NCBI GenBank assembly: GCA_041640455.1
Contig: JBEQAF010000069.1
Coordinates: 1-11,303, forward strand
DNA length: 11,303 bases
Origin: a bacterium
GTDB taxonomy: Bacteria > CALINM01
Direction: 5' to 3'
Part shown: positions 1 through 6,318 of the stretch, piece after piece
Position numbering within the stretch: position 1 is the stretch's first letter
How the letters are laid out: the number at the start of each line of letters is the position of its first letter
Notes under the pieces: model-generated
What the model was told of the DNA's origin: nothing
What the model saw: the letters and a program-made list of their open reading frames with translations, nothing else
Databases searched by the model: none
Translations under genes and position numbers: made by a program

Positions 1-297
1 TCTTTTGGTAGCATTTTTAACATCCTCGTTTTTTATACCCGTTATCTCTGAAACTATAGGCGGTATAGGTTTATAGGGTCTAACTAATGTGGAGAACTCT
101 TTTACTATTTTTAAATTTTCAATTCTTACGGCTCCTATCTCAATTATTCTGTCCACAGGAGGCACGGTAAATCCTGTAGTTTCAAGATCAACTACAGTAA
201 AGCTACCCTCTTCCAGCAGAAAGTTTTTGTTCCTGTTTATAAATCTGAAAAAGGTATTCTGAAAAAGGTCTTCTAACATCTCAAAAAGCATTCTCAT
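1..297 (-). CDS. DEDD-family 3'-5' exonuclease (DnaQ/PolC exonuclease-like), 5' part; runs off the left edge
   Basis: Not in the ORF track. Hand translation from ATG at 297: MRMLFEMLEDLFQNTFFRFINRNKNFLLEEGSFTVVDLETTGFTVPPVDRIIEIGAVRIENLKIVKEFSTLVRPYKPIPPIVSEITGIKNEDVKNATKR. It has the ExoI motif VVDLETTG, plus IIEIGAV and ITGI, typical of the family. ATG 297 overlaps the rsmE stop (ATGA at 294-297). Alternative in-frame ATGs lie at 291 and 279. Confidence 0.9.
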   Translation of the reverse strand, partial: MRMLFEMLEDLFQNTFFRFINRNKNFLLEEGSFTVVDLETTGFTVPPVDRIIEIGAVRIENLKIVKEFSTLVRPYKPIPPIVSEITGIKNEDVKNATKR

Positions 298-1031
298 AAC
301 AGTCTACCCTTTTTAATAAAAGATAGCATACTTAACCCAGCCATTATGGCGGTTTCAGCCTTTACCATTCTTTCTCCCAGTGAGACAGGGATAAATCCAT
401 TCCCGATAAGAAAATCGAGTTCTTCTTTTTCTATACCCCCCTCGGGTCCAAAAAATGCAGAAAGGCTCTTTGCCTGCTCTATCTTTGCTTTTATATCCGT
501 TAACCCTGTCAGTTTTTCACCTTCATAAAATAATATTTTTAGTTCCTGCTCATGGAATTTTTTTTTAGAAATCTCCTCAACAGGATACACCTCTGGCACA
601 AAGCCTAAAAAAGCATCTCTTGCACATTCCCTGACTATACGTCTATATCTTTCTGTTTTTTTAATTCTATCTTCGGCTTTTATCCTCACAACAGTTCTTT
701 TCATAATTAAGGGATGAAAAGCATAGGTGGCTAACTGGGTACCAAACCTGAATATAAAGTCATTTTTATCTCCCTTTAACAATCCAAAATACAGGCTTAT
801 TTTAAAATCCAAAGGACTTATGACCCTTTTTTCAATAACCCGAACGGTCAGAAAATCTTTAAAAATTTCATCAACCTCAGAAAGATAGTAGCTATGATTA
901 TCAATAAGAAATATCTGCTCACCTTTTTTAACTCGGAGTATTCCGCTTAGATAACGAAAGTTCTCCCCTTTAATCTCTACGATTTTTTTATCAGATATCG
1001 GCTCTTCAAAAAAAATTTTTCCTATTGTCAT
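294..1031 (-). CDS. rsmE: 16S rRNA m3U1498 methyltransferase RsmE (SPOUT family), divergent
   Basis: 245 aa. N-terminal ILRVKKGEQI, C-terminal FGPEGG and SLGERMVKAETA (family consensus IGPEGG ... LGxRILRxETA). Directly downstream of prmA with an ATGA overlap at 1028-1031, a common pairing. Confidence 0.88.
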   Translation of the reverse strand: MTIGKIFFEEPISDKKIVEIKGENFRYLSGILRVKKGEQIFLIDNHSYYLSEVDEIFKDFLTVRVIEKRVISPLDFKISLYFGLLKGDKNDFIFRFGTQLATYAFHPLIMKRTVVRIKAEDRIKKTERYRRIVRECARDAFLGFVPEVYPVEEISKKKFHEQELKILFYEGEKLTGLTDIKAKIEQAKSLSAFFGPEGGIEKEELDFLIGNGFIPVSLGERMVKAETAIMAGLSMLSFIKKGRLL

Positions 1032-1840
1032 AGTTTTTCAAACAGAAAGGCGATCCAGCTGAAGTTTTTGTCCCTACCCTGCTTTTTTCTTATTAACTTA
1101 AACTTATCAGAAAAGTTACTGATAATTTCTTCTGATTGCTCCTTTAGTATACCCGCAACAACGAGCCTGCCACCCTTTTTTAAGGAACTCAATATATCTT
1201 TTTTTAGCTCTAAAACCGTATTGAGCAGGATATTGCAAACCACCAGATCAAAGCCCTTTTCACTACCTATGGTTTTTGAAATTCTGATATTTCTGCATCT
1301 GTTTCTTTTTATATTCTTTTCTGCCTCTTTTAAAGCAATCTCATCTATATCTACTGCCAGAATATTTTTAGCACCCATCTTTTCTGCGCAGATAGCTAAA
1401 ATACCTGAGCCTGTTCCTAAATCAAGCACTTTTTCACCACCCCTTAGCTCTTCTACCATGAATTTCATACACATTTTTGTGGTTGGATGACTACCTGTTC
1501 CGAAGGCAAAAGAAGGGTTTATGACTATCTTTTTTGAATATGTTTTGTTACAGACAACGCCCTTTTTAAAAGCAGGTACTATTAAAAAAGGTTTTATTCT
1601 TATTACTCTGTGAAAACTTTTCCATCTGGAGAGCCAGTCTATCTGTTCTTCTACCTTTTTTATAAATTTATCCTGATTGTTAAGAGACAGGCTTGCGTTT
1701 TCGGCATCCTTCTCGGTGTTAAAATTAAGGATCAGCATATCCTCCAGCTCTTCAATACCCGAAACATTATTCAGATAGGCAGCCAGAATGGCTTTTTCTT
1801 TATCTATCTCATTCCTGAAGGGGATTTTGACTTGCCACAT
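1028..1840 (-). CDS. prmA: ribosomal protein L11 methyltransferase PrmA
   Basis: Motifs INPSFAFGTGSHPTT, VLDLGTGSGILAI (SAM binding), DWLSRWK and CNIL. I prefer the start ATG 1840 (MWQVKI, 270 aa). The longer ATG 1885 would leave almost no room for the divergent promoters. Confidence 0.92.
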   Translation of the reverse strand: MWQVKIPFRNEIDKEKAILAAYLNNVSGIEELEDMLILNFNTEKDAENASLSLNNQDKFIKKVEEQIDWLSRWKSFHRVIRIKPFLIVPAFKKGVVCNKTYSKKIVINPSFAFGTGSHPTTKMCMKFMVEELRGGEKVLDLGTGSGILAICAEKMGAKNILAVDIDEIALKEAEKNIKRNRCRNIRISKTIGSEKGFDLVVCNILLNTVLELKKDILSSLKKGGRLVVAGILKEQSEEIISNFSDKFKLIRKKQGRDKNFSWIAFLFEKL

Positions 1841-1861
1841 AGTCTTAATAAAGAATATAAT
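1832..1861 (+). promoter_or_regulatory. putative sigma70-type promoter for trxB
   Basis: TTGCCA (1832-1837), an 18-bp spacer and a perfect TATAAT (1856-1861), about 40 nt upstream of ATG 1901. The AT-rich background raises the chance of a random match. Confidence 0.55.
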
Positions 1862-1890
1862 TAAATAAATTTTTTTTAAAGACATTTTTT

Positions 1891-1897
1891 AGGGGTG
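1891..1897 (+). promoter_or_regulatory. Shine-Dalgarno site of trxB
   Basis: AGGGGTG just upstream of ATG 1901. Confidence 0.6.
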
Positions 1898-1900
1898 TTT

Positions 1901-2815
1901 ATGGAATACGATGTAATAATAATAGGAGGAGGAGCTGCGGGATTAACTGCAGCCATATATACATCAAGAGCTATGCAGAAGACGCTCATTATTGAGGAGA
2001 AAGCTGTGGGTGGGCAGATGATGTATACCACCGATATTGAAAACTATCCAGGCTTTCCTGAAGGGATAATGGGGTATGAGCTTTCAGCTCTCATGGAAAA
2101 ACAGGCAAAAAAGTTCGGTACTGAGATAGTTTTTGAAAGTCTTCAATCTATTGATATTCAAAATAAAAAAATTAAGACATCTGTATCTGAATATACTTTC
2201 AAAGTTCTAATTCTTGCACTGGGTGCTGAGCCAGCAAGACTTAATCTACCCAAAGAGGAAAAGCTTACAGGTAGAGGTGTTTCATACTGTGCAACCTGTG
2301 ACGGTGCATTCTTCAAAGATCAGCAAGTTTGCGTAATCGGTGGGGGGAATACGGCGCTTCACGAAGCCCTATTTCTTACCAATTTTGCAAGTAAAATTTA
2401 TCTGGTTCACCGCAGAGATAGATTCAGAGGTGAAAAATATCTTCAGGAACGGCTTGTTAAAAATCTTAGGGTTGAGTTAGTTTTAAACGCCGTTCCCATA
2501 GAGATTATAGGAGAAGAAGAGGTCAAGGGGCTGAAAGTTCAGAATGTTAAAACTGGAAAAGAGACCATACTTGATGTTAGCGGAATATTTATCTTCGTAG
2601 GATATAATCCAAAAACCGAAAAGTTAAAAGATATAGTTGAGCTTAATGAAAAGGGATATATTAAGGTTGACCGTTATCTTGCCACATCTGTCCCCTTTGT
2701 TTTTGCTGCAGGTGACTGTATTGATAAACCATACAAACAGGTGGCTTCTGCTGTGGGAGATGGCTGCGTTGCCGCCATGTCCGCCATAAACTATCTGGAA
2801 AGTTTAAGCAGTTAA
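1901..2815 (+). CDS. trxB: NADPH-dependent thioredoxin-disulfide reductase
   Basis: FAD motif YDVIIIGGGAAGLTAA, IENYPGF, redox motif GVSYCATCDG, NADPH motifs GGGNTA and HRRDRFR, and FAAGD. I prefer ATG 1901 over GTG 1895 because the GTG lies within the SD. Confidence 0.96.
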   Translation: MEYDVIIIGGGAAGLTAAIYTSRAMQKTLIIEEKAVGGQMMYTTDIENYPGFPEGIMGYELSALMEKQAKKFGTEIVFESLQSIDIQNKKIKTSVSEYTFKVLILALGAEPARLNLPKEEKLTGRGVSYCATCDGAFFKDQQVCVIGGGNTALHEALFLTNFASKIYLVHRRDRFRGEKYLQERLVKNLRVELVLNAVPIEIIGEEEVKGLKVQNVKTGKETILDVSGIFIFVGYNPKTEKLKDIVELNEKGYIKVDRYLATSVPFVFAAGDCIDKPYKQVASAVGDGCVAAMSAINYLESLSS

Positions 2816-3234
2816 AAGTTTATTTCTATCTCCCTTTTGCTGTCATCCATTATTTTTATTATCACTCGTATAACAGGATAGTTTTTGAGTATCTCTTCAA
2901 TTTTTTCAGCCCATTCTAAAACTATCACAGACCTTTCATCAACAAAATCATACCAACCAGCCTCTTCCAGTGACGAAAAGTCCTTAACTCTGTATAGATC
3001 TATATGAATAAGCCTTAAAAGTCCTGATGTATAGACCTGAACTGTAACAAAGGTGGGCGATGTAATCTCCCTCTCAATTTTTAACCCCTTCCCTATCCCC
3101 TTTACAAAATGGGTCTTACCTGCTCCAAGCTCACCATAAAGGGCTATAATCTCACCACCCTTTAGCATCCCGGATAGCTCTTCACCCACCAGGATGGTTT
3201 CTTTGTAAGAATTTGTAATGTATCTTTTTATCAA
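2812..3234 (-). CDS. tsaE: tRNA t6A biosynthesis ATPase TsaE (YjeE)
   Basis: Walker A GELGAGKT, ITSPTF, HIDLYR and EWAE. The likely start is TTG 3234, right after the CBS gene stop at 3236 (140 aa). The ORF track's ATG 3273 is an alternative. Confidence 0.93.
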   Translation of the reverse strand: MIKRYITNSYKETILVGEELSGMLKGGEIIALYGELGAGKTHFVKGIGKGLKIEREITSPTFVTVQVYTSGLLRLIHIDLYRVKDFSSLEEAGWYDFVDERSVIVLEWAEKIEEILKNYPVIRVIIKIMDDSKREIEINF

Positions 3235-3235
3235 A

Positions 3236-3703
3236 CTATTCTGCCTGCTTTTTATCTCTGTTAAGATAGGCAAGAAGAAGCCCCTCTTTGGTAACTACCC
3301 CTATGGGCTTATCATTTTCAATAACAGGTATATGATGCAATTTCTTCTCTACCATAATGGTGGCAACCTCATCAATGGATGCGGAAGGCGTCACTGTAAT
3401 AAGCTTTCTGGTCATAAGCTCTTCTGCTTTTGTTGCAGAAATCTTTTTTAGTTCTTCATTAAAACGGTTTACATCCTCAAAAAAGATAAATGAATCCAGA
3501 AAGGTAAAAAAAGTAGGAATGTGAATCTTTTTTTCCTGAAAGATAAGATCTGTCTCGGTAATAATACCTATAAGCCTCCCATCTTCTTCCACCACCAGTG
3601 CAAAATCCTCTTTTTTATCTAAAAATGTTTTTCCCAGCTCTGACAGGTCTGTATCTTTCTTTACGGTTATAAAATCCCTCTTCATAATATCTGTAATTCT
3701 CAT
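3236..3703 (-). CDS. stand-alone CBS-pair (Bateman) domain protein with an inter-domain insertion
   Basis: Two CBS repeats (ITDIMKRDFITV...LVVEEDGRLIGIITETDL and AEELMTRKLITV...IPVIENDKPIGVVTKEGLL) separated by an aromatic-rich insert. Start ATG 3703 has the SD GGGAGG and an ATGA overlap with the nnr stop (155 aa). Confidence 0.9.
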   Translation of the reverse strand: MRITDIMKRDFITVKKDTDLSELGKTFLDKKEDFALVVEEDGRLIGIITETDLIFQEKKIHIPTFFTFLDSFIFFEDVNRFNEELKKISATKAEELMTRKLITVTPSASIDEVATIMVEKKLHHIPVIENDKPIGVVTKEGLLLAYLNRDKKQAE

Positions 3704-5226
3704 TCTTCCTCCCATTTTTTTAAAATTCTGCACATGTTATTAATTAAATCAGTGGCTGTGAGTGAGCTTTCTCCTACCTCTTCTTTTGCCATGTCTCCTG
3801 CTAAACCGTGAAGAGCCAATCCCATTTTTATTGAAGAGATATTTTCGTAACCCTGCCCCAGAAAAGATCCTATAATACCAGATAATGCATCACCGCTTCC
3901 TGCCGTTGCCATACCAGGATTACCGAAAACAGAAAAATAGACCCTGCCTTCAGGATCCGCAACCGTTGTGGTTGCAGATTTTAATACCAGATGACAGTTA
4001 AAACCTTTTGCAAAATTCTTGGCGATAAGATGTGGCTCCTCAATAATCTTTTTCTTTTCTAACTTTATTAATCTTGCCATCTCCCCGATGTGGGGGGTAA
4101 GTATCGGTGTAACCTTTAAATTTTTGAGAGCATTCGTGTTTTTTGAAAGAATATTCAAACCATCGGCGTCAATTAAAAGCGGTATCTCAATCTGCTCTAT
4201 AAGCTTAAAGAAAAACTCTTCCTCATTATCCCCCATACCAAGCCCGCATCCCAAAATCAGTGCATCCTTGTCTTTTAGAAACCTGATAATATTATCAGTT
4301 TCTTCCAGCCAATCTTTTACAGGAAAGGTCATTATCTCAGGAAAGGAAGACTGAAATGCAAGACTCACATTTTGAGGAATTACTGCCGTTACAAGCCCTG
4401 CTCCTGCTTTTAAGGCAGCAAATGAAGCAAGGAGAGGAGCGCCGAATTTACCGTTCGAGCCTCCTATTATGACTGTATGACCAAAACTACCTTTATGACT
4501 ATTAAGCTCTCTCTTCCTGAAATATTTTTTTGCCTCTTCCTCAAGGATAATATTAAAGTTTCCCTCAACTCTGCATTCTGGATGAAGAGATATGTCCACA
4601 AGACTAAGCTCACCACAGTAAGATCTGCCTGGAAAAAGAAGATGCCCGAGCTTAATTAATCCCAGTGAAACAGTTTTTGTAGCTTTAACAGCCTCCCCCA
4701 TTACCTTTCCGTTACATGCATTAATCCCCGAAGGAATATCTACTGATATTACAGGTTTTCCACTTTCGTTAATTACCCTAACAAGAGAAAGATAGATCCC
4801 CTCGAGCTCCCTTGTTATACCAGTTCCCAGCAAGGCATCTATTATAATATGGGACTGATAGATGCTGCTTAAAAGGCTTTCATCAATATTTTCTATCTCA
4901 AAAATCTTTATACCAAAATTTTTGACAACATTAAAATTTATCTCACTGTCTCTGCTTAAAGGTCTATCGCCCTTTACCATAATAATGGATACATTGTAGC
5001 CATGATTAAAAAGATGTCTTGCCAGAGCCAATCCATCCCCGCCGTTATTTCCTCTGCCACAGAATATTAAAATTCCTGGATTAAAAAGCTTGTTTGTTTC
5101 TATAAACTGCCTGAGCTGATAAAAAATCTCCTTAGCTGCGTTTTCCATTAAAAGCAGTGTGGGGATTCCAAGCTTTTCAGCCCTATTTTCAATCTCTCTC
5201 ATCTCAATGCTATCAACCACTCTCAT
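3700..5226 (-). CDS. nnr: bifunctional NAD(P)HX epimerase / dehydratase (NnrE-NnrD, YjeF)
   Basis: 508 aa. YjeF_N motifs LMENAA, CGRGNNGGDG, DALLGTG and DIPSG. Dehydratase motifs SHKGSFG, ALKAGAGLV, DADGL, TPHIGEM and MATAGSGDALSG. Confidence 0.95.
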   Translation of the reverse strand: MRVVDSIEMREIENRAEKLGIPTLLLMENAAKEIFYQLRQFIETNKLFNPGILIFCGRGNNGGDGLALARHLFNHGYNVSIIMVKGDRPLSRDSEINFNVVKNFGIKIFEIENIDESLLSSIYQSHIIIDALLGTGITRELEGIYLSLVRVINESGKPVISVDIPSGINACNGKVMGEAVKATKTVSLGLIKLGHLLFPGRSYCGELSLVDISLHPECRVEGNFNIILEEEAKKYFRKRELNSHKGSFGHTVIIGGSNGKFGAPLLASFAALKAGAGLVTAVIPQNVSLAFQSSFPEIMTFPVKDWLEETDNIIRFLKDKDALILGCGLGMGDNEEEFFFKLIEQIEIPLLIDADGLNILSKNTNALKNLKVTPILTPHIGEMARLIKLEKKKIIEEPHLIAKNFAKGFNCHLVLKSATTTVADPEGRVYFSVFGNPGMATAGSGDALSGIIGSFLGQGYENISSIKMGLALHGLAGDMAKEEVGESSLTATDLINNMCRILKKWEEE

Positions 5227-5585
5227 AGCCTCTCCATAACAACAACAGCCACTGCATAATCCTTCTCATGGGTAACTGACAGATGAGTTTTTATATTTTC
5301 TTCCCCAAAAAATTTTTTTAACATGTTCTCTTCAAACTTAATATAGGGTTTACCCTTTTCATCGTTTAATATTAGTATATCCTTAAAACTAACACCTGCA
5401 AAACCTGTCCCGAGTGCCTTAACAAAAGCCTCTTTAGCTGCAAATCTGCCCGCAATCTCAGCAACAGCCCTTCTTTTTAGCTCACACTCCCAAAAGATCT
5501 TTCTTAAAAATCTATCTCCATAGCGCCGAATGATTTTTTCTATTCTGGGAATATGGATAATGTCAATGCCAATTCCAGTTATCAG
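5223..5585 (-). CDS. acpS: holo-[acyl-carrier-protein] synthase AcpS, putative CTG start
   Basis: Not in the ORF track. The frame is open for 120 codons: (M)ITGIGIDIIHIPRIEKIIRRYGDRFLRKIFWECELKRRAVAEIAGRFAAKEAFVKALGTGFAGVSFKDILILNDEKGKPYIKFEENMLKKFFGEENIKTHLSVTHEKDYAVAVVVMERL. Motifs GIGID, AGRFAAKEAFxKALGTG, GKP and SVTHE. It follows pdxJ, and its TGA overlaps the nnr ATG. Confidence 0.93.
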   Translation of the reverse strand: MITGIGIDIIHIPRIEKIIRRYGDRFLRKIFWECELKRRAVAEIAGRFAAKEAFVKALGTGFAGVSFKDILILNDEKGKPYIKFEENMLKKFFGEENIKTHLSVTHEKDYAVAVVVMERL

Positions 5586-5586
5586 A

Positions 5587-6318
5587 TTAGCCTCCTAAAC
5601 AGGCACTTCTTATCAGCTTTACCATATCTCTTACCGCTCTTTCCATACCCACATAGACAGCATAAGAAACTATGCTGTGACCTATGTTAAGCTCATAAAG
5701 ATTTGGTATCTTTGCAATATCTACCACATTTTGATAGGTTAGACCATGTCCAGCACTTGTTAGAAGTTCCTGCTCCAGTGAGAACTGGGTTGCCTCCTTT
5801 ATCTTCAAATACTCCTTTTCTCTCTCTATTTTTGTCTCTGCTTCGGCATAACTGCCCGTATGGATCTCAACGCCGTTGCAGCTCAGCTTTTTTGCCATCT
5901 CAATCTGCTTTTTATCAGGATCTATAAAGACAAACACATCTATCCCCTTTTCCTTCAAAATTTTTATAGTCCTTTCCGCCTCTTTTTTATTTTTAATAAG
6001 ATCCAGTCCACCTTCGGTTGTAATCTCCTGCCTTTTTTCCGGTACCAGCGTGACCATATGAGGCTTTACCTTTATAGCTATATCAATTATCTCCTTATTC
6101 ATTGCCATCTCAAGATTTAATCTGGTCTTTACCGTCTCCTTCAGAAGATAAAGGTCTCTTTCTTTTATATGTCTTCTATCTTCCCTTAAATGCACTGTAA
6201 TACCATCACAGCCTCCCAGCTCTGCCAGTACCGCCGCATAAAGGGGATCTGGATAACTGGTCTTTCTTGCTTCTCTCAAAGTTGCAACATGATCTATATT
6301 AACCCCAAGCTTAACCAT
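5587..6318 (-). CDS. pdxJ: pyridoxine 5'-phosphate synthase
   Basis: Motifs LGVNIDHVATLREAR, GITVHLREDRRHI, LNLEM, TLVPEKRQEITTEGGL, EIHTG, AGHGL and ELNIGHSI. Confidence 0.97.
   Translation of the reverse strand: MVKLGVNIDHVATLREARKTSYPDPLYAAVLAELGGCDGITVHLREDRRHIKERDLYLLKETVKTRLNLEMAMNKEIIDIAIKVKPHMVTLVPEKRQEITTEGGLDLIKNKKEAERTIKILKEKGIDVFVFIDPDKKQIEMAKKLSCNGVEIHTGSYAEAETKIEREKEYLKIKEATQFSLEQELLTSAGHGLTYQNVVDIAKIPNLYELNIGHSIVSYAVYVGMERAVRDMVKLIRSACLGG
5591..5596 (-). promoter_or_regulatory. Shine-Dalgarno site for acpS, inside the last codons of pdxJ
   Basis: The minus strand reads AGGAGG-CTAAT-CTG. Confidence 0.75.

Noticed and set aside
1068..1490. 140-aa plus-strand ORF, and the smaller ones at 346-528 and 1610-1864
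   Set aside because: These are antisense shadows of prmA and rsmE, rich in F/S/I/L, with no recognisable motif.
1841..1885. 15-residue N-terminal extension of PrmA (MSLKKIYLIIFFIKT) that looks like a signal peptide
   Set aside because: It is most likely the translation of AT-rich promoter DNA. PrmA is cytoplasmic, and this start would overlap the trxB promoter and leader.
3704..3733. Upstream ATG for the CBS gene in the ORF track
   Set aside because: ATG 3703 has a GGGAGG SD and an ATGA overlap with nnr, so it is the better start.
5227..5586. Apparent 360-nt intergenic gap that could hold an ncRNA or riboswitch
   Set aside because: It is fully occupied by the acpS reading frame.
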